Assembly (NCBI RefSeq): GCF_004010195.1
Contig: NC_057719.1
Span: forward strand, 79,683,579 to 79,747,578
DNA length: 64,000 nucleotides
Direction of reading: 5' to 3'
DNA from: Chiloscyllium plagiosum
Lineage: Eukaryota
Shown: positions 1 to 11,311 of the stretch, one piece after another
Position numbering within the stretch: the stretch's first letter is position 1
Layout: each line of letters opens with the position of its first letter
Notes under the pieces: generated by a model
Databases searched by the model: none
The model's input: the letters and a program-made list of their open reading frames with translations, nothing else
Told to the model about the DNA's origin: nothing
Program-made: the position numbers and the translations under genes

Positions 1-268
1 AGATAGGCAGGTAGGACAAGCCATGGGGACAGTGCTGAGCTGGAAGTTTGGAACTGGGGTGAGGTGGTGGAAGGGGAAATGAGGAAACTGTTGAAGTCCA
101 CATTGATGCCCTGGGGTTGAAGTGTTCCGAGGCAGAAAATGAGGCGTTATTCCTCCAGGCGTCTGGTGGTGAGGGAGCAGCGGTGAAGGAGGCCCAGGAC
201 CTCCATGTCCTTGGCAGAGTGGGAGGGGGAGTTGAAATGTTGGGCCACGGGATGGTGTGGTTGATTGA
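1..268 (-). mobile_element. Penelope-like element fragment (GIY-YIG C-terminus plus start of 3' UTR)
   Basis: Minus-strand translation gives HPVAQHFNSPSHSAKDMEVLGLLH...TRRLEE*RLIFCLGTLQPQGINVDF, the typical C-terminus of a Penelope GIY-YIG domain; contains a stop. Confidence 0.85.
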
Positions 269-569
269 TGTTGATTTATGCTCCAAGTTGAAATACAGGG
301 CCTGGCTTGTAGGTGGTCCCATGTGCAGGTTTTAATGGCTTCTGCCTTTAACTACATTGGGGGTCACATGACAATAGGAAGTCACGGTATACAAATGTAT
401 TTCAGCTGCAAATGAGCTAACATTGATGGTTTAGAAGGAAAATGAACAAAAACTGTTTTTTCTCGTCTGTCCCAGGACATGCATTGCATACGTAATCTTG
501 AAAGACAGGGTAACCAAACCAGTGTGGCTCTGCTCAGGGAGAATCTTAAAAAGTGCAAAGAAAAATAAG

Positions 570-879
570 ATAGGGTTGACCGTGAGAACCTTTTTCCACG
601 TATGGAGTCAGCTATTACAAGGGGGCATAGCTTTAAATTAAGGGGTGGAAGGTATAGGACAGATGTTAGGGGTAGGGTCTTTACTCAGCGTGTCGTGAGT
701 TCATGGAATGCCCTGCCAGTAGCAGTGGTGGACTCTCCCTCTTTATGGGCATTTAAGTGGGCATTGCATAGGCATATGGAGGATAATGGGCTAGTGTCGG
801 TTAGGTGGGCTTGGATCGGCGCAACATCGAGGGCCAAAGGGCCTGTACTGCGCTGTATTCTTCTATGTTCTATGTTCTA
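570..879 (+). mobile_element. CR1 LINE 3' end
   Basis: ORF 602-880 begins TRGHSFKLRGGRYRTDVRGRVFTQRVVSSWNALP (CR1 ORF2 C-terminus); ends in a (TTCTATG)n tail. Confidence 0.9.
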
Positions 880-1774
880 AGAAGAAATCATTCCTTGAAG
901 AGGGGCAGCTAATGATAAGCAAGTGAAAGCAGAAGAAACAATTATCAGAAAGGGGCAGAGAAAAAAAAGAGGGGAACAAGAAGAAAAAGATAGAAATGAA
1001 GATGTTTAAAGTCAAGTATGCAGGTCATGTATCATCAACAAAATGATTTTGCCCAGATCCCACCAAAACAACAGCTGGAGCTGAGAGCCAGCAACCAACA
1101 GATCTGAAAGCAACCTAACTATTTGTTGGATTTGTGGACAATCTCATCTAATTTGAACCTCCATGCAAATTCACTGCTAAGCTGCACAGTGGTGCTGGGG
1201 CATGACATGATCAGCACAGACACAATGGGCCGAAAGGCCTGTTTCTAAACCGTATGACGCTATGAAAGAAGCAGCTTTCACTTGAATCAAAACAGTACCC
1301 ACGACAGCTCGCTTCTGAAGATCTTCAACCTAATGGAGGCATTGAATATCAAAAAATAAATGTGTTCAAGCACACACCACTGGACCAACACTCACGAAAG
1401 AAGGAACAGCACTTTACATCTGAGCAGGGAACAGACAAACTGATAACCACAACTGGCATGCCTGTTATTCAAAGATCTGAACGCTTTAGAGATTGATGGA
1501 TAACATTTGCAGAGACTGACGAAAATAGGATAGATTAGAATCGTCACATCTTTGCTCATGAGTGATAATTTTTCCTTGTTGACCATGTTTATTGAGTAAT
1601 TGGATAATTTTTGAATACGTACAAACATTTTTATGGGTGGAAGGCTGCTTAGAAAAATGTAAATATACTTTGTGTAGTAGTTGGTTTATGATAGTCATGT
1701 GAGCCCACCTCTGCTCGAATTTGCTTTTGTTAATAGCCACTAAACATATTGCTCAAAACTAGTAATACAAACTA

Positions 1775-1890
1775 GTAAAAGCAGAATACTGTGAAAACTG
1801 GAAATTTGAATTAAAAATAGAATATGCTGGACTCATTAACTAGGCCTTGTTATATCTGTGGAGAGAGAAAAACAGAATTAATGTTTCAAA
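1775..1890 (-). mobile_element. Degenerate Penelope pLTR-type short repeat
   Basis: Reverse complement resembles the gaaacattaac...ctctctcca...gatgct...cctgctgagt motif also seen at 40940-41015. Confidence 0.5.
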
Positions 1891-1904
1891 CAAAGAAGTT
1901 CCTA

Positions 1905-2280
1905 AGTGAGTGTGAGGGAGTTGGATTGGTATCAGGAGGGATACAGTCAGTAACACAGGGTGCTGGGGGAGAGGGGTTACTGAGTGACAGTGTGAGGGAG
2001 CTGGATTAACATCAGGAGGGATACAGTCAGTAACACAGGGTGTTGGGGGAGAGGGGTTACTGAGTGACAGTGTGAGAGTGCTGGATTAACATCAGGAGAG
2101 ATACAGTCAGTAACGCAGGGTGATGGGGGAAGAGAAATTACTGAGTGACAGTGTGAAGGAGTTGGATTAACATCAGGAGAGATACAGTCAGTAACACAGG
2201 GTGATGGGGGAGAGGGGTTACACAGTGACAGTGTGAGGGAGCTGGATTAACATCAGGAGAGATACAGTCAGTAACACATA
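1905..2280. repeat. 80-bp minisatellite, about 4.7 copies
   Basis: The tgtgagggagctggattaacatcaggag...cagtcagtaacacagggtg unit recurs at 1911, 1991, 2071, 2152 and 2232. Confidence 0.95.
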
Positions 2281-3149
2281 TTACACATCTTATGATGAGT
2301 GTTGAATGGAAATTAATGAATAATAGGACTTTAATGAGACACAGGAGAATAGAGAGATTATCAGTGTACAACCCAGTTTTACATGACACTGAAAGTCAAA
2401 AAGAAATGTATCAGTCATTATTGGACCTGTTTTGACATGCTCCATTGTGTATGCAATGAATATAATCTGTGTTAGGTAAAAACTATTTTTATACTAAGTA
2501 CCTTGCAAATCGTGCTGAACTTGCAAGTGGTTTATCTTACTTCAGAGGCTTCTGGTGAAAATTGATCTACATTGCAGATATAATGTGCTACTTACACTAA
2601 CTGATCTCAGTTTTCTGACTCAAGATCATCCATTATTGAGGCAACAGCTTCAAGACACTCCTCTCTTAATCTTACAGAGTTGCAGAATTGAAATATGATC
2701 GTCCAAGAAATAGGAAGACAAAGAGTCTGAATTTCCTGCCGTTCAAGGGCCAGATCAGCCCCTTTCAGCGGCTATATGCGCCCAAGGTTTCTGGCAAGCA
2801 TGCTTCCTTGCTGCACGTTGCTTAATTTAGATTAAATACACATTCATTGACTTCAAATTATAGTTTACACAGAATCAATGTCAGTTGTCACATAGCAGTA
2901 GTGCACTTGCTTCTGATATGGAAGGCTTTGCATTCAAAAGCGCACATATAATCAAAGCTGACATTCCTACCGCAATATTAAGGGAACAATGCCCTGGCCT
3001 GCCTCTTTGGTGAGATAATCATCTGAGGGTCTGTCTTGGTGAGTGTGAAAGGTCACACAACATTATTTGAAGAAAGGCAGGAGAGTTTTTCCTCATGTCC
3101 TGGGCAATATTTATCCCTCAACTAACTGATAAAACTTGCCTTCTTTGCT

Positions 3150-3872
3150 CAGAGCTTTGAGTATAGGAGTTGGGGAGTTATGTTGTGGTTGTACAGGTTG
3201 TTGGCAAAATCTCTTCTGCAATACTGTGTCCAGTTCAGCTCTCCCTATTTTAGGAAGGATATTTTTAAGCTGGAGAGGGTTCAGAAGAGATTTACCCAAA
3301 TGTTGCCAAGAAGGTTTGAGTTAGAAGGAGAGGCTGGGACATCTTTCACTGGAGCGTAGGAGTTTGAGGGGTGACCTTATAGAGGTTTATAAAATCATGA
3401 GGGATATAGATAAAGTGAATGGCAAGTGTGTTTTCTCTGGGGTGGGGTATTTCAAGACAAAGGGGCATGATGTTAAGGTGAGAGGAGACAGATTTAAAAA
3501 AGACTTGGGAGCAATGATTTTACACAGAAAGTGGTTCGTGTGTGGACTGAACTTCCGGAGAAAGTGATGGATGTGCGTATATGATGACTTGGAGGTGCTT
3601 GTGTTGGACTGGGTTAGCTAAATCTCACAACACCAGACTATAGTCGAACAGGTTTATTTGGAAGTACTAGCAGTCAGAGCGCTGCTCCTTCATCAGGATA
3701 GTTATCTGATAGCTAAAGGACAGTTAGGTAAGTACATGAATAAGAAATGTTTGGAGGGATCTGGGCCAAATGCAGGCAGGTCAGATTAGTTCAGTTCAGG
3801 ATTGTGGTTGGTAAGGATTGGGTGGACTGAAGGGCCTGTTTCCATGCTGTATGACTCTATGATTCTATGACT
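3150..3872 (+). mobile_element. CR1 (HER1-type) LINE 3' fragment
   Basis: LRGDLIEVYKIMRDIDKVN...TKGHDVKVRGDRFKKDL; ends in a (ctctatga)-type tail. Confidence 0.9.
3582..3700 (-). mobile_element. Penelope pLTR family B, solo copy inside the CR1
   Basis: Shares cacaacaccag..tatagtc.aacaggtttatttggaag with 36100, 44620 and 56290; reverse complement has ctgatgaaggagcagcgctc. Confidence 0.75.
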
Positions 3873-4394
3873 TTATGTCATTACCATTGGCAGTCTATGG
3901 GAGCCTAATGTGCACACTCAGGCTGCAATGTTTCCGACATTACAACAGTGATTGCAGTTCAATAGTACTTAATTCATTGTAAAGTGCATCAGATCATCTT
4001 CAGGTTTGCAAAAGTCTTTACATAAATGCAAGATTTTGCTACAGGCATTCCAAGCAGAAGGAAAACAATCACACTTCCAGCACAGAAACAGGTCATTTTC
4101 ACGCAGTCTCCATGCTCCACGTGAGCCTCCCCCCGGCCTCTCTCAATCCAACGCTATCTGTGAAAGGGCCCCACTCCTGCTGTGGTGTGATTTTCAAAAT
4201 GCGGATGAGAGCAATTTTTTTTTGGCGCGGTTCAACACAAGCAGCAATGTCACACAGGACCCTGCTCTCTCTGAGCTACTCCCAGGGACGCACAATGAAA
4301 TAAACATCCACTCGATGAACGGCACTCTGGTCTGCCTATACTTTACAGGTCTCTCACTGCAAAGTCCCATCCATCACCAAGATTGGCATGTTCA

Positions 4395-4614
4395 GAGTCA
4401 AACAGTGTGGTGCTGGAAACGCACAGCCGGTGAGGCAGCATCCGAGAAGCAGGAATGTCAACATTTCGAGCATAAGCCCTCCATCATTCCTGATGAAGAG
4501 CTTATGCTTGAAATGTTGACTCTCCTGCTCCTCGGTTGCTGCCTGACCAGCTGTGCTTTTCCAGCAGCACACTGTTTGACTCTGATCTCTAGTACCTGCA
4601 GTCCTTACTTTCTC
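4395..4614. mobile_element. Inverted pair of Penelope family A pLTRs with an 18-bp imperfect TSD
   Basis: 4395-4485 is the reverse complement of about 4490-4585; flanked by ccaagattggca(tg/ca)ttca at 4377-4394 and 4615-4632. Confidence 0.85.
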
Positions 4615-5569
4615 CCAAGATTGGCACATTCAAATGCCCCCTGGACTACATGGTGAGGGATGTGTTGGTACAGCTGTCACAGACGCAGAATGGGGAAAGG
4701 CCTTCCAACCATCATACACTGAGAGGCTGGAAGCATTGCTCGGGCAGTATGTTCAACATCATGAGTTACAGAGCATTACACACATGAAATGTCAACTTTG
4801 GATGGTCTTGTCATGCATTTTTTAGAAATTTCATAACTAAAGTACTGTTTTAAAACAAAATCTGTTAAGGTCCTCGACTATAGAAGTCCTGTTGACATGA
4901 CTAGAATGCCCTTTAATAAATGACATTATCCACTCACCCTCTGATACCTGCAGTGGTCTCAGAAGCTTACAGTTCAATGTGCTCTCTAGTTTCTCAATGA
5001 CAGCACTGGGAGTGTTATAATTATTTAATTCTGTGAATCATGCATTTTCTTGTTGAGATTTAGTGGTGTCACTGTCCAAGAACCAGTAGAAAGGCACAGG
5101 ACAATTTGAACCACTAGCTAGCAGTCCGTGTTAATGTAATAGCCCATTTTCCTGTTCAAGATGCAGATGGGACTGGAAGCCAAATCGACCAATGCCAATT
5201 GATTGACCTGATTATGAGTTCATCATGAAGGACTACGTAAATCCTTGCATCAAATAGAAACAAGATGGATAACACAGTCTGTCGTGATTTTAAGAGGAAA
5301 AAAATGCAATCCTGTTTCAATGGATGCCTGAGTTTATAAATCTGTTAAAATTTTCATCTGGTGGTGTTCTATTTGAATTGCTCAGGTTTTTCCCCTCTCA
5401 GTCTTTACGTATGCCACCTGACTTCACCTTGTCCAGGAAACAGGTTCAGGACATTTCCCGTGGCCGAGCCCAAGGCTGTGGCGCTATTAGCCATTTACAG
5501 TTGCCTGGGAGCTCTGAACTGCCATTGCTTCTCAAAAGCAACTTGCGAATAGCATCTGTGCTGTGCTAA

Positions 5570-5880
5570 AACACTCTGAGGTGCTCCACAGAAGTGGTTA
5601 TCAGGCAAACAGTGATGGCGCATTAGAAGCTGATACGGAAGGTAAAGGAGGTAAGGTTTAAGGAAGATAGAGAGAGAGAGGGGCAGAGAGATTTGGGGAA
5701 AGTATTCCCCAAATTGGGTCCTCAGCAGCTGCTATTGATGGGGCAAGGTAACTAGGGACATCAAACAGCTTTGAATCAGGGGAGTGCAGAGTTCTTGGAT
5801 ATCGGAGTAAGGAGGAACAATGCCCCAGAGGGAATTAAACACAAAGGAATGAGAATTTTAAAATCCAGGCTGGGCAGCAA
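5570..5880 (-). mobile_element. Old L2-type LINE 3' fragment
   Basis: Resembles the purine-rich fragments at 20380-20720 and 55935-56290 (gagaattttaaaatc motif). Confidence 0.55.
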
Positions 5881-6294
5881 TCTGGGGCTTAATTGTAAGC
5901 GCTGTCTTTCATTATGATCCAAACTCCCGGCCTGTACTCTAAACCTCATACAGTTCCAGAAAATGACCACATTCCACTAGGCAGGTTCATGAAGAAGAAC
6001 GCCAGCCTCAAGAACAAATCCAGCCCTTTACAGCGACGCAGTACCTGCAGTTGGGAGCATCAGCTATCTGGAGAGGTCTACACCCTCACAGCCGAGGTGG
6101 AGGATTCCCACAATTCAACCTGACCACAGTAACCATAGGCACCAAACCCACAAACTGGGCAGGGATACGGAGAACATAATAACACAGTAACGCTGACTGC
6201 TATAGTTTCAGCTTGTGTCAGGGTTTTATATTTTGCCTTTGCGATCTTGTGGACGAAAGGTGCAGGATTTTGTCGGGTGAAAGAGATAATCATA

Positions 6295-6575
6295 CACTGA
6301 TACAGTACAGAAGGAAGCCATTTGATCCATCGTGCCTGTGCTAATCCCACTCCTGTAGCTGTTTACCTAGAGCACTGAATATTTTGCCTTTGATGTATAC
6401 CCAATGCCTTATTGAACATTACAATGGGACCTGCTTCACAACTCTTTTTGGCAATGCGTTCGAGATCAAAAGAATTAGTTAGACAGAGTCATAGAGATGT
6501 ACAGCACAGAAACAGACCCTTTGGTACAACTCGTCCATGCCGACCAGATATCCTAAATTAATCTAGTTCCATTTA
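6295..6575 (-). mobile_element. Two CR1 3' tail fragments (older 6295-6475, younger 6485-6575)
   Basis: agagtcatagagatgtacagcacagaaacagaccc is the reverse complement of the CR1 tail seen throughout the window. Confidence 0.7.
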
Positions 6576-6647
6576 AGATTTCTTTTGCCTTTGGTTTCTT
6601 TTACCAAATAGTTTTCAAAGAGCTAATACATGCAAGGTGGACCGAAT

Positions 6648-7021
6648 GGGTTAGGTTTAGGGTTAGGGTTACAGTTAGGGTAGGTTCAAGGTGAGAGTTA
6701 TGGTTAGGGTCAGGATTAGGGCTACGGTAGGTTTAGGGTTAGGGTTAGGTTGAAGGTAGGATTATTGTTAGGGTTAGGGTAGGATTAGGGTTAGGATTAG
6801 GATAGCATTATAGTTAGTTCGGACCATCTGTGATAGGGTTAGGGTTACAGTTAGGGTTAGGGTGGGGTCGGAGTTAGAATTAGGGTTAGGGTAGGATTAG
6901 GATCAGGATTAGGGTTAGGGTTAGGGTAGGATTAGGATTAGGGTTAGGATTAGGATAGGATTGGGGTTAGGGAAGGACCAGGTTTAGGTTTAGGTTAAAT
7001 GTTAGGGTTAGGATTGGGGTC
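6648..7021 (+). repeat. Degenerate (TTAGGG)n telomere-like array
   Basis: Many exact TTAGGG units mixed with TTAGGA, TAGGG, TCAGGA and TTACAG variants. Confidence 0.9.
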
Positions 7022-7232
7022 AGCTTCTCCATCGTCTGATTCTTCCATCTTGAATATACTGGGCTACAGTTCCATGGGCTTTACTTACTGATGATAGCCC
7101 ATCCATCCAAGGAGCTACCCCTTCATGTATCTAGGTCTGTCTTGGTAGATTTTTGACAATATGTACTGTCTAACCTTGTCGTCTTGTTTATACTGGCTTA
7201 AGGCTGTTACAAACTTGTTAAGATCCACGCAG

Positions 7233-7551
7233 GAGAAAGTGAGGACTGCAGATGCTGGAGATCAGAGCTGAAAAATGTGTTGCTGGAAAAGCGCAGCAGG
7301 TCAGGCAGCATCCAAGGAGCAGGAGAATCGACGTTTCGGGCATAAGCCCTTCTTCAGGAAAAGACACCTTCCTTCAACACTCAGAACGACAAGGGCAGTG
7401 GTTGTAGAGGAACACTGCACATCAGTTCATACCCCCTCCTGACTGGTAGATACATGGCTACTCCTGCACTATTGCTAGGTCAAACACCTGCAATTACATC
7501 CCAAACATTCCTGAAGTAGGGCTTATGCCCGAAACGTCGATTCTCCTACGC
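7233..7551. mobile_element. Composite Penelope insertion: minus pLTR, about 148 bp cargo, plus pLTR; 13-bp TSD
   Basis: aagatccacgcag at 7220-7232 and 7552-7564; pLTR on minus 7233-7360; pLTR on plus 7507-7547. Confidence 0.85.
7330..7357 (-). ncRNA. Minimal hammerhead ribozyme core (Penelope type)
   Basis: Minus strand reads CUGAAGA-A-GGGC-UUAU-GCCC-GAAA-CGUC: intact core, 4-bp stem II, palindromic ACGU helix III, GUC cleavage triplet. Confidence 0.75.
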
Positions 7552-7630
7552 AAGATCCACGCAGACCAATGATTAGATAATAATTTAACACAATTTCATA
7601 ATTTTACAGAAGGAATCAGATCTGCTTGAT

Positions 7631-7830
7631 TGATGTGCAGTGTTCCTCTACGACCACTGCCCTTGTCGTTCTGAGTGTTGAAGGAAGGTGCCTTTTTGGA
7701 ATTAAAGAGCTGAGTTTCTGCATCCTGTCAACGGTGTATACCATGGCCACAGTCCAGAAGTGGTGGAAGAAGCGTGTTGATTCCAAATTGTCATCACTGA
7801 AGTTCCCCGGTGTGCTTCTGTTTCTGGCAC
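7631..7830 (-). mobile_element. CR1/L2-group LINE (second family) fragment
   Basis: Homologous to the 3' region of the copies at 15705-16470 and 52215-53050. Confidence 0.55.
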
Positions 7831-8462
7831 ACTCACCACTAAGTCAAAAGCTTGTTTGTTGAAGGGCAGCAGGTAACCTAGGTTGGCATTGCACTCTAGT
7901 ACAGCGGGAGTCATAGAGTCACAGACCCATGCACTTGACCCATAGCCTACAATGCACCGGTGTGCTGCACTGTTAGAGACATCTTTTGTTTGGGTGTAAA
8001 TGATGCAGGTGATCTGGAAATCACGTACGGCAACGTTTTGTAGCAGAACAGGCAGTTTCTCTCCAGTGCTCAGACCTAGAGTGGTTGGGGTAGCTTAGCT
8101 CTTGGCGGAATGCTGACTCTCAGCAAACTGACATCAGCTTGAGAGAGCTGAGGTATTTCTACTCCATCAGGCATAAACAAACCAGAGCCTGTGAACCATT
8201 TCTTACTGGAAGAGATAACGGCTGCTGTGCACCGATAAATCCAAGAATATTATGTACCCCATCACACAGATAAGCTTCACAAAACAGCCCAGCTTTCCAG
8301 TGAATCGGCCTACAATGCCAATAATCTGTCCATCATCTGTCTGAGCAGGGCCCTTATTTACACAACAGTCTCAGCCTCACACAACGAAGTTTTTTTTTAA
8401 CTGATGGTAACATCTTTGCCATTTCTTTTACTGCAATGGAGAGTGGATTTGATTCACACTAT

Positions 8463-9108
8463 GGGATAGATTTAACGGATGTGACAGAGGGGGAAGCCCA
8501 CCTTCTCTTCAGGGAAGGCCACCATATCAGCCAATGCTAGGGAATTTAACTGGATGGTATTGGGCCTTCTCCAACCTGGAGAAGAGATCCCAACACCTTC
8601 TGGTCTTTCAGAGGCTGGTGGCTCTATTGAACAACAGCATCATTGGGAAGGCAGTGGCTGCCGCCAATATGGCACCCATCTGAGGTACACGACCATCATG
8701 GACATTAGCCAGAGCTGATTGGTGGCAGGATATGTGTCATAGTGTATGGTGTTCAGGACGCTTCAGGGGATCAGCAACAAGAGAAACAGGGGCAACACCC
8801 AGTGGGCCTGAGCCTCCATTCCCAAAGCCAGGTCTCTCAGTCAGGCACTGAGCACCTTTAAATGAGGACTACTACCTCTCCCCCTCACAGGAAGCCTGCA
8901 AGCAACTCCATATAGATTTGCTTTCATTCTTCCTACTTGGCCGTTGCTTGAATACTAGCAATGACACTAGTCACATCGGCCTGAAAGACTTCCACAGGCC
9001 CTCCCACCACTGGATTTATCAGGGCAGTGCTTAGTCCTTCACCACCCAGATTTTTAATGGACCCCCAGCAACAAACCCACCGTAGCAGGAAGACATTAAA
9101 TTTTATCC
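8463..9108. mobile_element. Possible non-autonomous DNA transposon (Harbinger-like MITE)
   Basis: Imperfect terminal inverted repeat gggatagattta / taaattttatcc with tat on both flanks; no coding capacity. Confidence 0.3.
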
Positions 9109-9135
9109 TATGTCAGTCAACCGGAGATTGGTTCC

Positions 9136-9234
9136 GGTTCCCGATGAAGAGCTTATGCCCGAAATGTTAACTCTGCTACTCCTTGGATGCTGCCTGACCT
9201 GCTGTACTTTTCCAGTGCCACATTTTTTCCACTC
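9136..9234 (+). mobile_element. Solo Penelope family A pLTR
   Basis: ccgatgaagagcttatgcccgaaatg...ggatgctgcctgacctgctg; short tggttcc duplication on the flanks. Confidence 0.8.
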
Positions 9235-9348
9235 TGGTTCCTTTATACCCACAGGATTCTTGGATCATCTCTGTTGGAGACTTACAGTAGACGATAGCTG
9301 TGGGTCAGTTGTTGGGCCTCTCTCAAGACTGAGTCAGAAGGGTCAAGG

Positions 9349-11311
9349 TGAAATGACTCCACAAGGCTGGCATCCAATCACCAAGTCACCCTTTATTTGC
9401 ATGTGGAGAATCTTTGACATTGAACCAGCTCCCCGAGAGCCAGCTCTCAGAATGAACAGGAGGCCTGACACCCCTATTGTTATCTGTTAGCCAGGACTAA
9501 CCGACTGGGCCAGATTAACAGCCCCAATCAGGAAACTCATATTCTATGAGGTCCATCCAGCTGAACTTGTTACAATCGCTACATCTCTCCCTGTCTGCGT
9601 CTGAGGACATAGGCCAGTTGGTTTTTTCATAGCTCCCGCTATGGTGTTTTAGACTGGGTCAGGTTCCTCCAAATCTGCCTCTGATATGGGCAGAGTGTAA
9701 CACACAGTAGCTCACCGCTTATGCCTGGAGCATGTCGGAAGAAATTCATTCTCCTCTTCAAGTGGCAAGGGTGTCGAGGCAGTGATGTCCACCATGTTCA
9801 CCTCAGATCCTGAGATATCTTCAATGTTTGACAGAGTGGGAAAACCCATGGGTTCCGGAGCAGTCAGAAAGCTGTTGAGGCGCCTGGCACGTTTTGCTCC
9901 CACACTGTTTCATACGGTCCACGTGCTTGTTCAGGACTGTAGCACCTACCTGCATCACTGGAACTGACCTTGCATTGACCATGCCTCTTATCTATGCAGG
10001 GCCATTCCTGTAGTCCCTACATTAAACTTCATCCCTTGACATGAACCGTCTCTCTCACTTAGCAGAGTCTTGTGTCCAGCATTGGCATTCCTTGTGCCAT
10101 TTAAGCAAATGTTTATTTTGATTGGCTTTGATTTGGATGCTGCTATGCAATGTAACTGTTCCAAAACAGATGTAGGTGGTCTTTCCAGGGTGTATACTCT
10201 CCTGGATGCTGGCTATGAGTTCTAGTGAGGCACTTCTGCCGTCCCAAGTCTGTATACTGGCAGCAAATCAAATGGCTTATTGAAGAAAATTTGAATGATT
10301 TGGCTGAGGTATGGTTTTGTTTTGGGATTTGGCTGTGGGCTGACCTAGAATGTCTCTGTTTCAGATAGATCCTGAGTGAGGCTACGTAATTGCCTTCACT
10401 CAAGTGGTGTTCTCCAAACTCAGTGGCGAGGTTACCGACTTCCATCGGAATACTCTGCAACTCATGTGCTCTAGTTCCCACATTTTCCAATGGTAAAGCC
10501 AGTTGTAGTGCCTGTTTGAAGTCCAGTTGGGCTTCAGCTAATAGGCACTTTAGCATGATTACATCATTAGTTCCACATACCAAACAGACACTCAGAATCT
10601 CATTAAGGATTAAACCAAAGTCACATGCCTCTGCCAGTCAACTTAACCTTGTCAAAAATCCTGATACAGATTCCACAAATTGCTGAGTAAAACTGATAGT
10701 CTCTCAGAACTAGAGGAGGTTTGGAGTCGTAATATTTCTTAACTAAATCCATCAACCCTTGAAAAGATTTAGTATCTGGTGCATCAGGGAAAGTTAGGCT
10801 TCTAATTACCGAAAAAGCTACGGATCCACAAGCTGTCAGGAGAATTACTTGTTGCCTTCCATCTGTCCTCATGTCATTTACCCGGAAAAGAAAAATGCAT
10901 TCTTTCTGGGCTCAGTCTTCAACAGGATTGAACAAATCAAGCTTCCGAAATAAGGGCATGATGCCAGAAATGTTGACCTCAACTCAGAGATAACTGTTGC
11001 GAGTGAATTGCTTCAGGAGTGTGCTTTTCTCTCCTCGACACTGCAGTATTCCACAGAGGCCGGTATCCCATCACCAAGTCACCCTTTATTTACACATGGA
11101 GAGTCCCTGACCCTGACCCTTTATTTACACATGGAGAGTCCCTGACCCTGACCCAGCTCCCTCAGAGCTGCTCTCAAAGTGAACAGGAAGCCTGGCACTC
11201 CTGTTCTTATCTGTCAGCCAGGGCTCCCTGACTAGACCAGATTAACAGCCCCAATCAGGGATGTCATAATTATATGAGGTCCACCTGGCTGACCTTATTA
11301 CAACTGCTACA
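9349..11311 (-). mobile_element. Internally deleted Gypsy LTR retrotransposon with both LTRs
   Basis: Direct repeats at 9349-9583 and 11042-11311 with TG...CA ends; degenerate PBS-like sequence at about 11030-11041; purine tract cagggagaga next to the 3' LTR; gag and integrase-tail remnants inside. Confidence 0.9.
10105..10959 (-). pseudogene. Disrupted Gypsy gag plus first codons of the protease region
   Basis: MPLFRKLDLFNPVED*AQ...VILLTACGSVAFSVIRSLTFPDAPDTKSF...VCGTNDVIMLKCLLAEAQLDFKQALQLA...PIKINICLNG; stops and frameshifts. Confidence 0.8.

Larger units (their letters stand above)
2890..4040 (+). mobile_element. Deu-domain SINE (SacSINE1-like), split by a CR1 insertion; parts about 2890-3130 and 3870-4040
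   Basis: Contains tcctgggcaatatttatccctcaact (Deu core) and the acattacaacagtga...tcattgtaaagtgc...taaatgcaag tail. Confidence 0.7.

Noticed and set aside
4006..4656. Longest ORF in the track (216 aa) as a gene
   Set aside because: It starts in a SINE tail and runs through an inverted pLTR pair; no recognisable domain.
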